Origin: Eledone cirrhosa
Lineage: Eukaryota
Length of the DNA: 64,000 nucleotides
NCBI GenBank assembly: GCA_964016885.1
Contig: CAXHJY010001183.1
Coordinates: 27,549 to 91,548, forward strand
Direction of reading: 5' to 3'
Shown: piece by piece, positions 1-13,997 of the stretch
Numbering within the stretch: the first letter of the stretch is position 1
Layout: each line of letters opens with the position of its first letter
Notes under the pieces: generated by a model
Told to the model about the DNA's origin: nothing
Databases searched by the model: none
What the model saw: only the letters and a program-made list of their open reading frames with translations
Translations under genes and position numbers: made by a program

Positions 1-13
1 ACACTTCCTTCGT

Positions 14-61
<48 letters not shown>

Positions 62-65
<4 letters not shown>

Positions 66-265
66 TACGAGTAGAACCCCGACGGCTGAGCTCAAGCCGT
101 TTCGACGGCTAATTCTGGACTTAGCCGTCCAGAATTAGCCGTCGAAACGGCTTGAGCTCAGCCGTCGGGGTCCTACTCGTTCCTATTACCCACACTACTA
201 CCCTAAGTATTGAGTACTTTGGTGCGTTATGGTCCACCTGGTTCCTTACCACATTTCCTTCGTTA
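62..265 (+). mobile_element. (TA)n-inserted short repeat (family F1) with an inverted 5' duplication and an HHR 3' half
   Basis: Arms at about 64-120 and 127-180 are reverse complements. Contains GAAACGGC-TTGAGCTCA-GCCGTC, an HHR stem III ending in GUC. Flanked by (TA)n. Other copies at about 4586-4725, 12045-12100, 12131-12285, 30571-30715 (-) and 61571-61630. Confidence 0.75.
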
Positions 266-559
266 TATATATATATATTGATCAAGTTGAAATATTAAGA
301 GCTTGTGGGGGTTTTTTCTCTGATGAGAAAAATTTTGAGCAGGACCAAAAGAATGGCAGATGGTTATGCAGAGACTCTAAAGGCGTTCAATGCTCGTAAA
401 GTTTTCGGAAACTGTAACGGTTCACTTCTTTTCTCAAGGCTTAAGAATAAGTTCCGCTGGCTATAAGGAGATGTTGAAGAGGACTGAGAGGCATTGGATA
501 GAGAAAGTAAGTAAAAGAAGATCGTGCACCTACCAACAAGTCTGTGTGTGTGTGGTTTC

Positions 560-742
560 ATAAGGCCAACGTGATCCAAGAATGGATGAGTTACAATCTC
601 GACGATCATGTCACCCAAACATATGGCCTCCTAGCTCTCTAGACCTGAATATGTTGGACTTCCTAGTATGGGACGTAGTCGAGAAGCAACTCAATCAAAG
701 CCGTCATAACACTATAACATCTCTGAAGTCTACCATAATTAG
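560..742 (+). pseudogene. Tc1/mariner-superfamily transposase C-terminal fragment
   Basis: Translation WPPSSLDLNMLDFLVWDVVEK resembles the WPPxSPDLNPxDxxVW motif around the third catalytic residue. Confidence 0.7.
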
Positions 743-743
743 C

Positions 744-2205
744 TCTTCTTCTTCTCACACTTATTCCTGAGAGGATCATGGGGGCAGAGACCTCAAACAC
801 TCCTTCCAGCGGGTCCTGTCTGAAGCAGCCGTATCCAACTGATCCGGCTGGATCCCAAAGCGAGATCAGCCAAGCTCATGGATGTTATCCAACCATCTTG
901 CTCGGGGTCTACTCCTGGTTCTCCTTCCAGTTGGTTTTGTCCGTAAAATCTGTCAAGTGATATTTCCTGAGACATTCTAAGCAAATGCCCATAGTAGCGG
1001 CTCTACCTGGAGCGACTCTTTGATCTCCAAGATACGCACTTTTTCGAGTACCGTTACTCCAAAGAACCTTCGGATGAACCCCATTTCGGCCGCTTGCATT
1101 CGCGATCGTATTCTTTCGGTCATTACACAAGATTCATGACCATAGATAAGGGTTAGCACAAATACCAATAGTTAGTTTGGCTTTCACACCTACCAACCTT
1201 CTTCTGATTACTAAAAACTGAAGCTGGTGCATTACTGCACCAGCTTTTGCAATTCTTGCATTTAATTCAACCTCCTTCCTTCCATTACTCGTGAACACGG
1301 CCCCGAGATACTTGAACTTCTCTACCTGCTTCAGTGTAACTCCATTCACATGTAAAGTGCACTGCACAGGCTTCCTTGAGAGGACAAGTATCTCAGTTTT
1401 TGCAGCTCTGATTTTTATTCCAGCCATAGAACACTCGGCATCAAACCTATCAAGAGCAAGTCTGAGATTGCCTTCTGCTGAGCTAAGTAACACCATGCCG
1501 TCTGTAAATTCCAGTCGACCAATTTTACACCCGGCCGCGCATGTCATTTCTGTTCATGAAAATAATGAACAGGAAAGGTAACAGTGCGCATCCTTGGTGG
1601 AGTCCGACTCCTATGATGAATCATTTCGATTTAGCACCATTTACCGAAGACAAATACTATGGCATTCGCATAGAGACATCAGGGCAGCAAGAAGCTGACC
1701 ATCGATCCCATACTCCTGCACAACCTTCCACAGCTGGTCCAGAGGAACGCGGACATATGCCTTTTCGAGATCTACAAAACAAGAATACACCTCTTGGCAA
1801 TACTCTCACAATTTCTCAAAGACCTGCTGCAGTGTGAACATTTGGTCGGCTGTGTTGCGCCCGGGGCGAAAACCGCACTGTTCATCATCTAGCTTGGACT
1901 CGACAATTTCCCTGCATCTCTTTGCCAGACACTTAGCATGGACTTTACCGGGGAGGCTTAAAAAGAGATCCCTCTGTAACTGGAACAATCTCTCTTGTCT
2001 CCTTTTTTGAGAATTGGGATTATCACTCCCGATTTCCATTGCTTGGGTGCCTTTCCAGAGATCCAGGCCACCCGGCCCACACGAGTCAGCAAGAGAATAT
2101 CTTCTCTATTTAAAGCTTTTAACATCTCAGGCCAGATTTCACCTTTCCCAGTCGTGTTGCCACATTTGTGCGTTAACAGCTATTGTGACCTCAGCCTCTA
2201 AGAAA
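744..2205 (-). mobile_element. 5'-truncated, frameshifted RTE-like LINE (RT and C-terminal region)
   Basis: Minus-strand peptides EQCGFRPGRNTADQMFTLQQVFEK, QVEKFKYLG and RMQAAEMGFIRR. (AAG)n-type tail at 744-754. Confidence 0.85.
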
Positions 2206-3667
2206 TTAGTCACCGCTCCCAGACACTATTGCATCCAGCTTCACAGAACTCCCCAGATATACTGGGCACGTTGAAACAGAGTGGAGATTATTCATAATAG
2301 AGTATAAGTCAAGTACTGCGGAACAAATACTGCTAATCAACTGTCCGATGTTCCAACAACTCTGCCAATACTCCATCCTTAATATAATTATTTCTAATTT
2401 AAGCATAAGACTAGCAATTTGGGGAAAGAGAAAGTCAATTATATCGAACCCAGTTGTTGACAGGTACTTTATGAAACACAAAGTTGACATCGGAGAGATT
2501 TGAATGTAGTAAATAAATACCGCAAGGTATTTTGTCCGACGTTCTAACGATATTGCCAATCCACCGTATTTGCCTGGAGCCTGAATTAAGAATCAATATA
2601 TGTGAATCTCTATCATTTTTGACGGCGCGGGTTCATTAGTGATAATAATAATATAGATAAAAACTGAAATATGCGAACAATAGATATATGAAATTGAAAG
2701 CTACGTGATATTTGCAAGGGAATAAATATAGAATCTACCAGAGAAGTGTGGAACTGCTATGGTGGATATAAATGCTAATACAACTCGGAAATAGAGTTAT
2801 CAGCACGATTCTCTGCAATTTTAGGTATCGGGATTTAATGCTTATATTTTCGAATTTGGAATTTATGATATTGATTTTTTACAAATAATATCATTCACAC
2901 GAATGTTGATTTGATTGATTTATCAAAAATAACGAATATTGTTATTCTTAGGGAAGGAAAAATAGAAAACATTTTATAGTTTTGTTTGTTTGTTTTCTGT
3001 TGTTGTTTTTTTTTTGTGTTTTCGTTGCTTATTCTATATATTATATTCAAAATATATTATGGCAACATTCTTATGTGATATATTCTTATATATTTTCAAG
3101 ACCAAAGAATAAGATATATTAAATTTAGATTTACCACTAAAAATTAATTTATTTGGAAAAAAATTGTTTGATGATAGTAAACGAAAATAAGGTTTGTATT
3201 CCAAAGGGTATTAAAAGAAGCAGCAAACCCATTTGTGGGGGATGAAAATTGAAAAGTGCAAAGAATATTGGAAATTGCAAAGAATATCGAGAAATAAAGG
3301 GTCCATGTCATGAGTCCTTAACTACTGATTGAGTCTTGGATTGCCATAGTAACATAAGACCAAGCCCATCCCTTTCCAGGTCTAGAAGAGCCGATTCCTT
3401 CCAGTCAGAGTTAGATAAAAGAAGAATCGATCCCAATATTTGATTTATTTATCGACCTCGAAAAGATGAACGGCAAACATATCAAAGGAAATTAATTTGA
3501 GCTTAGAGGTCAGAGGGGCGGAACAAATACCGCAAGGTATCCTGTCTGACGTTCTGAAAATACAAGATAAAAATATTCAAAGTAGTACTCATTATCCCAA
3601 AAGTACATACAAATGCATAGACGCGTGTGTGTGTATGTGTGTGTGCGTGTATATATGTGTGTGTGTG

Positions 3668-3707
<40 letters not shown>

Positions 3708-3991
3708 TGCTGGACATACGTCGGTTACGATGACGAATGTTCCACTTGAGGCTATCAACGAAACAGCTCGCACGTGAAATTAACGTACGTGGGGTTAAGC
3801 ATTCTTCAGACACGTATACTCTTCCCGTAATTCTCAGGGAGATTCAGAGCGACTTAGTTCTTTGGATTAAAGAGTATACTGGAGCAATATGAAATATATT
3901 GTCTTGCTGATGGGCAAAAATGTGCTTACGATTGAGACTCAAACATCCTAACCAATAAGACACACATATATATATGTGTGTACGTGTTAAG

Positions 3992-4078
3992 TATAATATT
4001 TCTATCTGATGAACGGATTCAGTGGCTTCTGTTAGAATCGTCTAACTCCGTGAAACCTTGGGTAATGGAATAATTATA
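3992..4078 (+). ncRNA. Type I hammerhead ribozyme with long stem II
   Basis: TTCTAT-CTGATGA(4006)-ACGGA...TCCGT-GAAA(4052)-CC-TTG-G-GTA(4062)-ATGGAA. Stems I, II and III pair; triplet GUA. Confidence 0.8.
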
Positions 4079-4127
4079 TTGTGTTGTTTATTACATAATT
4101 AAATTAAATAAAAAATTAAATAAAAAT

Positions 4128-4219
<92 letters not shown>

Positions 4220-4464
4220 AGATGAAGCTGGAAATAGCACGGGAGATATATTTAAGGGTCTGTTTTTCTTTTTTGATTCGTCAAAGTGACATTATTGAAA
4301 AGGTAATGTTATTAAAAAAAGAGAGGGACAATTCTTTTTTTTTTTAAATGTTTATGAAGTATATAAAGTATATGAAGAAATTACCGGTTTCGATGTATTA
4401 AAATCCATCTTGTCAAACGTAGAGTGTAAAATATTAGTTGATAGGAGTCAAAAATGAAAAGTTT

Positions 4465-4585
4465 TAAATTAAAATTAAAATAAAAATTAAAATAAAAATC
4501 GAATGTTTGAATAATTTTTCTTCCATCGCAGGATGGAAGAAAAATTATTCAAACATTCGATTTTGATTTTGATTTTGATTTTAAT
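4465..4585. repeat. Foldback hairpin, about 60-bp arms
   Basis: AATCGAATGTTTGAATAATTTTT(T)CTTCCATC is mirrored by GATGGAAGAAAAATTATTCAAACATTCGATT across a few-nt loop at about 4530. Confidence 0.85.
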
Positions 4586-4727
4586 AGTCCAGAAATAGCC
4601 GTCGGAACGGCTTGATCTCTGCCGTCGGGGTTCAATTTTTTCCTATTACCCACTCTACTACCCTAAGTATTGAGTACTCTGGTGCTTTATGGTCTATCTG
4701 GTTCCTTACCACACCTCCTTCGTTATA

Positions 4728-4832
<105 letters not shown>

Positions 4833-4976
4833 AGATCTTTCTTTATTAAATTGTTTCAACTTTTGACACAAGGCCAGCAATTACCCAGTGCATTACTGGT
4901 ACTTTATTTTATCGACCCCGTAAGGATGAAAGACAAAGTTAACCTCAGCGGGATTAGATAGATAGATAGTTAGATA

Positions 4977-6305
4977 AATTTCTTTATTAGCCACAAGGGC
5001 ACAAAAGAAGGGGACAAATACAAATGGGGAGTTTACATATAGGTATATGAAAATAAAACTATTAATAAAATAACAATTAACAATTGAAATCCCCAATAGG
5101 TGGGGGGAGGCGTTACACAGGGGTTGTACACACCCCGAAAAAAATGTACAACCCTCATCTCCAGGAGCACCAAGAGTGAGTACTCCCTTCCTCTCTTCCT
5201 CTTTTTCATCAACCTACAGGCTTATATAGAGAGAAGGCCCAACCACTCGGGCCATCTTTGCCACATTCACTTGCTGCGGACCAACCCTCTATAGAATGTC
5301 GAAGTGGAGTCTCCACTGATCGCCGGGTCCGTTTGCCAGAGGACTGTGAGCGCCTGAGCACATTCGATGTGCCAGTCGCCCATTTTCCTCGGTCTTTGCT
5401 TGACCCAGGACTGCAGCTCGGTCAGCGAGACGAGTCGTGGGAAGGCTCGCCTCACGAACGGGGCCCACACCGGTTGTCCGGTGAGGAATACGTGGAGGTG
5501 CCGCAGCCTGAGCGCGTGTTTGCGCATCGTCAGCCACGGCAACCTCAGCCCTCCGTTTGAAGGGTGTTGGCAGCAGATGGATCTTCTCACAAAAGGAGCC
5601 CGTTTCTTCCAAAGGAATTGGAAGAGCGCGTGCTCCATTTTGGTGAGCGTTTTGGCTGGACAAGGCACGACGGTCAAGCGGTAGTAGATGACGGACGCTA
5701 TAAAAGTGTTCGCCACCTCCGCTCGACCTTTCAATGATAGTTTTCACTCGGCCCACTTCTGGGTGAGCGCAAACACCTTGGCCGTCACCTCGTTCCAGTT
5801 CTTCTCCACCTGGAGGTCCGGACCAAACCAGACCCCGAGCAGCTTTACCGGTCCTTCCGTTCAGCGTCCGACGACGCCATCGGAAGGCATCGGTTTGCCT
5901 CTCCACGTTCCGAGTTGCAAACCGACGGATTTGTCCCCGTTCAGCTTCGCTCCAGTGAACCTTTCGTATTCCTTCAGTAAGGTGCCGACCTCTTCGATTT
6001 GCGAAGTGCCCGACACCATTACTGTCACGTCGTCGGCGTAGGCCGACGCCGCTTTTTGCAGTCCCGGTTCCAAAGGGATGCCTTTTCAATAGCTCCAACC
6101 TCCGCAGTAGTGGCTCGAGAGTCAGTACGTACAGAAGGGAGGAGAGAGGGCATCCCTGTCTGATGGATCGCGTGATATGGAACGGCTCCAAGAGGTAGCC
6201 GTTCACCCGAGACCCTTGAGCAGATGTTGCTGCTGTGAATTGCAGCAATCCGGCCCCTGAACACGGGTCCGAAGCCTGCCGCTTCAAGCACCGCATCCAG
6301 GTAAC
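4977..6305 (-). mobile_element. 5'-truncated Tx1/L1-like LINE in a (GATA)n tract with a 16-bp TSD
   Basis: RT motifs RSIRQGCPLSSLLYVL and SAYADDVTV. AATAAA near the 3' end. GATAGATAGTTAGATA at 4961-4976 and 6306-6321. Confidence 0.85.
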
Positions 6306-6378
6306 GATAGATAGTTAGATAGATAGATAGACACACACGCACAAACATACACACACACGCAAAAACATATACACACAC

Positions 6379-6464
<86 letters not shown>

Positions 6465-6467
6465 GTG

Positions 6468-6561
<94 letters not shown>

Positions 6562-7629
6562 TATGTGTACATTTAATGTGAATTTGAATGGAAAATCGCT
6601 CCTTTAAACATAAATATATACTTTCATAAATATTTTGTAAGTATATGTATTTATAAATATGTGTGTGTATGTATGTGTGTGTGTGAGTGTATTCCTATAT
6701 AAGATTGTGCGTATATGTGTGCGTGCATGTGAGTGTGTTTATGTGCGCATGTATTACTGGGTATATTTGGGGAGGGGGGTGCAATTGAAGCTATAAATCA
6801 CTGATATCAGTGTTATTCAAATAATATTTCTCTCCCAACTAAAGCTGAAATATATTTCTTAGAAAGTAATTGGCGTGAAAAGCATTTCCTTTCATCTCAA
6901 ATATTAGGTGTTATAATATTGTGAAAGCCAACGTTGTTTTTCAGATTTACAGCAATTAAATTATCTATAGCAGCAAGACAGCAGTACTGAATTTGTGCAT
7001 CGATTCAATGTTTATTAACTCCTCCGAGTGTGTTAAGTAAATGTGGTCATTATTTTATACCTAACGATAAATATATGAAATACATATAATTAATAAAGAT
7101 CGGTGACACTTTATTATTTCCATTTTCATACACTTTTCATGAAATATATATTTATATTTTCTTTTTTCACTTTTTAAGACTCTAGCTTATTAGAAATAAA
7201 ACGAAAACATTCATAGTATTATAAACATTTGCAAAGATATGTTCTCTATATAGACAGACGCAAGCATGGCTGTGAGATTAAGAAGTTTGTTTCGCAATCA
7301 TGAGATATAGAGAGCGATATGACTGGCATCTTGAGCAAATGTCGATCTATGCTTTGTGTGTAAAATTAAGTAAATAAAAACTGTTTGAAAGCTCATCCAA
7401 TAGACTGTATCTGTAATTCAAAGGCCCAGCCTTGCCACACGGATTCACGCTGAATTCTCTTACAGACTACGCTAGGGGGACACGTCTGTGGAATGCTCAG
7501 TCATCTACACGTTAATTTCACTAGCAGGCTGTTTCGTTGATCGAACAACTGGAACACTCATCGTCGAAACAAACGGAGATCAGTTCCATTTTATATGTCC
7601 TGTACTCTTATTTTAACATTGGCAGTATT

Positions 7630-7845
7630 GGATTGGCAGTATTGGTAGAGCATCGCACAAAATGGTTTACGGTATAAATTTACGGCCTTTTACGTTCTGA
7701 GTTCAAATTCTGCCGAGATTAGCTTTGCCTTTCGTCTTTCCGGAGTCGATAAAATAAAGTACCAGTAACGCACTGGGGTCGAGTTAATCGTCTTCCTCCT
7801 CCCCAAAAAATCATTGGCCTCGTGTCTAAATCAGAAACCACTATT
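7630..7845 (+). mobile_element. tRNA-derived SINE with Meta-like central domain (representative of about 20 copies)
   Basis: A box TGGCAGTATTGG, B box GAGTTCAAATTC, then GCCTTTCGTCTTTCCGGAGTCGATAAAATAAAGTACCAG. Other copies at about 2405-2570 (-), 3420-3560 (-), 4850-4955 (-), 8740-8900 (-), 8945-9395, 10855-10990 (-), 28800-28935 (-), 35285-35500, 37435-37820, 40445-40600, 43655-43810, 45090-45215 (-), 47710-48020 and 52325-52550. Confidence 0.75.
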
Positions 7846-8124
7846 TATTTTAAAACACTTTACATCAGATATTTTTCATCTAAGACTCAAGCATATTATA
7901 TTAATACACCAAAACCATTCAGATTATTATAAATGTCAGCAAAGATATTTTCTTAAAATGTACATCACTACTTTCTTGGTGATAATCCGACGTATTTATT
8001 ACTGATATATTGCCAAACGAAACAGGAAATAAAATGAAGTGCCAGTAACTGAGGTCGATTTAATCGACTTTCCGCTTCTCTTCAAATTGCTGACCATGTG
8101 GCAAAAGTAGAAACAATTATTATT

Positions 8125-8630
8125 ACCACGACTTTGAGTCTCTTGTTTCCATTTCGGATCACCGGGTCTAAACCATGGTCCTGACACTATACAAAATAGA
8201 TCTTACTTTGAGGTCAGCACCTTTCTTAGTATATGTAATGTTCCTAGAAGATTTGTTTTCTCTTTAGAGTTTCTGTTGTGTGATATTTTCTAGTATTTTG
8301 TTAGTGAATTGTTACAGTCCCTTTTTGATTAATCTAAGTCCTCCGATCATTACTGGTATAGTTTGTGTGGTCATGTCCCACTTTCTGGCAATTTCAATCT
8401 CAAGCTCGATATATTTAGACAGTTGTTCTATGAACTTAACTGATATGTTACAGTCTATTGGTAATGTCGTATCAATCAACATACAGATTTTATCTTCAGT
8501 ATTTTTAATTATGATGTCTGCCCTGTTTTCTTTGATTTCCCTCTCTGTTTGCACTGATATGTCCCATAGGATGATAACATTATTATTCTTGGCAACAGTT
8601 CCTTGTTTGTGGTCATACCACTAAACAGAG
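8125..8630 (-). mobile_element. R4/Dong-like non-LTR retrotransposon 3' fragment (restriction-like endonuclease)
   Basis: QTEREIKENRADIIIKN...CMLID...KYIELEIEIARKW...IPVMIGGL fits the RLE domain pattern. Flanked by (TAA/TTA)n-rich sequence. Confidence 0.7.
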
Positions 8631-11260
8631 ACTAATATTTATTACTGTCGTTATTTTTGTTATCATTATATTTATTATTATTATTATAAGATAAAGATAA
8701 AGAAATCATTATTATTAGTAGTAGTAGTCGTATAAATAAGGGCAATGCGTTGGCAGAGTCGCTTGACTGCCAGACAGTATTTGTTCGGTTCTTTTCTTGC
8801 TGAGTCCAAATCTCACCGAGGTCAAATTTATCTTTCATCCTTACGAAGTCTATAAAATAAAATGCCAGTAACCAACTGAGGTCGATATCATCGAACTTCC
8901 CCACCCCACCCCCAAATTGCTGGCCTTGTGCAAAAAATAGAAACGGTGGGTTGGCAGTATCGGTAGAGCGTCAGACATCATGCTTTGCAGTTACGTCCTT
9001 TTACGTTGTGAGTTCAAATCTCGCTGATGAGGTTTGGGGTCGATAAAATAAAGTGCCACAAACGTACAGGTGTCGATTTAATCGACTTTCCCCTTCTCCA
9101 AAATGTGTTAGCCATGTGCCTAAATCAGAGGGAGGGTCAATTTAATCGACTTTCCCTTCCCCCTAAATTACTGGCCTTGTGCCTATACTAGAAATCATTA
9201 TTATTATTGCTGTGGATTGGCAGTATCGGTAGAGGGTCGGACGCCATACTTTGCAGCACAGTTACGTCCCTTTACGGACTGAGTTCAAATCCCGCCAAGG
9301 TTAACTTTGCCTTTCATCCTTATGGGGTCGATAAAATAAAGTACCAGTAATACACTGGGATAATTGCTGGCCTTGTACCAAAAGTAGAAACAATTATTAT
9401 TATTGCTGTTGTTATAATCGTCTGTCTATCATGTTTTGGTGTTTTGGTGTTTTGGTGGACTGAGACCATGAACTGATTAACATACCCAGCTGTAGCCAAA
9501 CCTCTTCAATACCTTTGAAAAATGAAGTTTATGAAAACCGAAGAAATAGTGACAAGGAATGGATCTCCTTCGGTTTCGTCGATGAGTGTTCTATTTATTC
9601 AATCAATTGATCATCTTGCTCATGAAATTAATGTGTAGGTGGCTGAAGAATCAATTTTGTACTATATTGTAAGTGGTGCAGCAGTCCATAGACACGTTCA
9701 CCTTTAATATAATTCTTAGAGAGATTCAGCATGATACCGTGTATGACAAAGCTGGCCTTTTGAATTACAATTACAATCCAACGGGTGGGCTTCTAAACAG
9801 TTTCTATCTATCCAATTTCATTCACAAAGAATGGGTTGACCCGAGTCTATGATAAATATCGCTTGTCCAATGTGTCAAGCAGTAGGACCGAACCCTGAAG
9901 CTAATGATTGCGAAGCGACTTTTTTCACCATTTTGCCATGTCTGCTTTTACATAATAGACACATTACATTACTTAAACATTTATTTAAACTGTGGGGAAA
10001 TATATATGATTAATTACTTATTTTCTGTTATTTTCTTGAGTATGAGTTTCTTATTTAGAAAGTATATTTCGAGTGGAAAGATAGTAACAGAACAAAACTA
10101 AAATATTAAGCTCATATTTATCAATGGATATATCAATTGTACAAAACTAAAGCTGGTATTTATCAATGAATATATCAAAACAGTCACGGAAAGAAATAAT
10201 AAAGTTGTAAATGGCTAGAGGTTAGTAAAAAGGAAGCAGATCTTAGACTGTAGTAAATAGTAGCGGTCTCTTGGTGAATAGAAAATTGATGATATAAAGG
10301 TGAACGGATAATTCTTCATTTCATACCGATGATTAATCAACTCGGAAAAGAGGGGGCGACAAAAAGGAAGCAAATAGTATATTTATTTTCTTATGTAATG
10401 AATTTCGTTAAATATTTCATCTTCAATAATTCATCAATTTATCAAAGACAACAACAGCTTACATGAATATATAATTTTACGTATGTATTGTATATAGTAT
10501 AAATATTGTATATAATGTATATATTCTATATAGTGTATGAATGTATGTATTGTCTATACTATATGAATGGAATTTATATGTTGTATACATTGTATGAAAA
10601 TATAGATTGTATGAATGTATACATTATGTATCCTGTGTATATTATATATATACTATATATATTATGTTGTTACACTGTATGTATGGAACCGTAAACTCTT
10701 AATGGGGTCATAGAAGCAGCATAGTGATATACGTCATGTATTGGGTATATTTGTTTTTAACTTGGTAGAGCCCGTCCCTCTCCATGCCTGAACACAGATG
10801 GTTTCTTCTACAGAGAGAGTGATAGAAAGGCAGTAATGAAGAGATATAGAGGAAATATCGACCTCAATACTGAACTGATGTTATAGACCTCAAAAAATAA
10901 AAGGCTAAATTGATCGTAGCAAGATCTGAACGCCCAGAATCGGAATGAATACCGCAAAGCATTCTATCCGATGTTCGAATAACCAATTCGCTTCATCACT
11001 ATTACACTACAAAAGAGAGATGAAATGATTGATTCTTTTCAAAATTATGCAATTTAAATAGCCGACAGTTGGGGTTGTTGTTTTTTTTGTTTGTTTGATT
11101 TTTTTTTTTCAGTTATTGATATATTTATTACGTGACTCATCCTCAAAAGAAACTATGAAATATTGATATAGAACATTGTATATAAACAATTATGATTCTA
11201 TTCGAGAATTTGTTGTGATAAGATTTTTAAATTACACACATACACATTCTCATATATATC

Positions 11261-11348
<88 letters not shown>

Positions 11349-11389
11349 TATGTGTATATAATATAAATATATGTGTGTGTGTGAGAGTG

Positions 11390-12030
11390 TAATAACAGTT
11401 ACAGACGGCGCGCTGGTCGCAGCACTCAATGCTCTTAAGAGATCCGTTTCGCTTGGGTTGTATTCCAGTGTTGCGGCTGTAGTGTGCAGAGTGTAAATAG
11501 ATTTAAAAGAGTCGAAGTCAATGTTGCAGTATATGTACTTTATTTGTATTTTACAATTGTTTCGTATTCATCAGCTCAGGGAACAATCAAGGTGACGGGG
11601 CTCTTTTTCGATATCTCGTCAGATATGTGAGCTTGTATGTGCCAAGACAAACTACATAACATCTCAATAAAAAGATTCCAGGGAAGCACATACATATAGA
11701 CCATCTTATACAAAAATACAAAATCATCAACGGGTAGCTCCTAGTAAAGTAATCTAAAACAAGAAAACTTAAGAAGCATTTTACTCTAGGGATAGTATCT
11801 TAGTTTAGCAACTTAACGGTAGAAGGCTCAGCCAAGTTCCTCTAACTGCAGTTTCATGGACCAACAAGAGTACTGACCATCTCAATAGCTCAATAGATTG
11901 GAGCAGTCCATTCTGCCAGAAAACCCAATCGTCAGATGGGTTCTGATTAGTATAAGAATAGGATAGAGGCCGTAGCTAAATGGATTATACACAGATAGTT
12001 TCATTAAACTTGATTTAAATATACATGTAT
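11390..12030 (-). mobile_element. Non-coding element between microsatellites carrying HHR cores
   Basis: Minus strand 11552-11622 reads CTGACGA-GATATC-GAAA...CTGATGA-ATAC-GAAAC-AATT-GTA. Stem I is weak. Confidence 0.5.
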
Positions 12031-12094
12031 ATATATATATCGGATCTAGCTGTCGAAACGGCCGGAGCTCAGCCGTGGGGGTCCTGAATCTTTT

Positions 12095-12133
<39 letters not shown>

Positions 12134-12352
12134 GTAAGACCTCGACGGCAGAGCTCCAGAAATAACCGTCCAGAAATAGCCGTCGAAACGGCTTCAGCTC
12201 TGCCGTCGGTGCCTTACATTTTCCTATTACCCACTCCCCTAAGTATTGAGTAGGTCCATCTGGTTCCTTCCCACAACTCCTTCGTTATATATATATATAT
12301 ATATATATATCAATGATATTAATAATTGGAAACTATATTTATAAAACCATAT

Positions 12353-12416
12353 TTATTCTATTATATATATTTCAAGGGTACCAAAACTTTGGTACGCTCT
12401 CATCAGATAAAATACA
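12353..12416 (-). ncRNA. Type I hammerhead ribozyme
   Basis: Reverse complement: TATTTTAT-CTGATGA-GAGCGTACCAAA-GT-TTTGGTACCCTT-GAAAT-ATAT-ATA-ATAGAATA. All three stems form; triplet AUA. Confidence 0.75.
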
Positions 12417-12536
12417 AAGTTTGTTTTATAAATATTGACATATCCAGAAAGGAGATCTTAACGGTTCAAGATTGTTCTGGATAGTTCAGATATTATATAT
12501 ACATACATATATATATACATATACATATATGTGTGT

Positions 12537-12618
<82 letters not shown>

Positions 12619-12619
12619 T

Positions 12620-13170
12620 CATCATCACTGAAATTGTCTTTGCTTCTTGCGTTTAAATATTCCACGACTCTCTATCACTTTTCCTCTACTACAACCTTCT
12701 TACACCACCTTCTCACCCGTATATTTTTCACTCCTACCCTAGTACCTTCAACATGCCCAATCTCAAATTTTTTCTCCGTTAACTCCATTCCACTCTCAAA
12801 CGCTTCCTCCAACCTCCCCCCCCCCCCCACCTATATGCATCCAATCATCCGTGCATTTCTCCAGCCTCATCTTCACCAAAACAAAACGCACTCCATCTAA
12901 AAAAAATAAATCATACACAAAACGCCAGCATAAACAGTTTTCCAAGAGATGTCAACATGAATGGACCTGTTATTTTTATCTAAAAACATTTTTGCCAATT
13001 CCAACCCGCCCATCCCTTCAATCTATTTTATTTCTCATTCTTTCTTCTGGTGAAGGATTAGCGTCCGAAACGTTAAAACCCTCTTCCTGCTATTTCAAGC
13101 GTTAACCTAATATATTCCTTCCAAATACTGCACCGATTGTGTTGTTATTTCAGTTTAGCTTTTATATACA
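12620..13170 (+). mobile_element. Family F2 non-coding element with minimal HHR (core mutated to CTGGTGA)
   Basis: 13047-13075 reads CTGGTGA-A-GGAT-TAGC-GTCC-GAAACGTTAA. Homologous to 29595-29870 (-), 23780-23935 (-) and a stub at 46321-46365. Confidence 0.7.
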
Positions 13171-13177
13171 TATTACC

Positions 13178-13400
13178 ATATTACCATCTTAAACTTTGTT
13201 TACAGTAACCACACAGCCCGCTTCATTTCTTGTAATTTTGTATGACACCCCCCCCCCCCCTCTACTTGTTTTGCTCGATTTGTGGTCTCACGACGCTACA
13301 TATCGACTCCCTCCTTCTCTCTCTCTCTCTCTTTTTTCTCTCTCTCGTTCTCTCTCTCTCTCTCTCTCCCTTCCCCCTTTCTCTCTCTCTCTCTCCCCTT

Positions 13401-13448
<48 letters not shown>

Positions 13449-13997
13449 TGTTCGTTTTCGATCGTTTACGACATGTTTCACACACGTCGTAAAACTGTTT
13501 TGGATTATCTCCCTTTCTCTTCTCCCTCTCACTTCCGGTTGCTCTCTCTTTCTCTCTCTCTCCCTCTCTCTCTCTCTCTCTACCATCACTCTGCTAAGAT
13601 CGCACGGAACAACATCGCTCCTAGTTATTACACCACAAGACTTAAGTCTAATCGTTTCGTTGTAACTTATTCTATTTTTTCATCGGTTACTCACTTGCAT
13701 GTTCCATTGTCCTGTGTCCCCCCTCCATTCGGTTTGTTTACTTCGTTTTTTACTCTTTCTTTTTTTCTCTTTCTTCCCTTCTTTTCATTATTTTTTCTTT
13801 TCTTTCCCTCATGGTCTTTTGATCGATAAAAGGTCTTGGGCGCGCTGCTGATCGCTTTCGATGTCCTGTTTTAAGCGCCAAAACATCTATGACCACAGTT
13901 AACAGCTGATGAAGAAGTTCTTCTCTTGTTTCGTCAATATTACCATCTTAAACTTTGTTTACGGTAACCACACAGCCCGCTTCGTTTCTTATAATTA

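Noticed and set aside
318-350. CTGATGA at about 320 as a hammerhead core
   Set aside because: No stem II, GAAA and stem III arrangement follows.
9022-9050. CTGATGA inside a SINE copy
   Set aside because: A chance variant in a degraded SINE, with no GAAA or stems.
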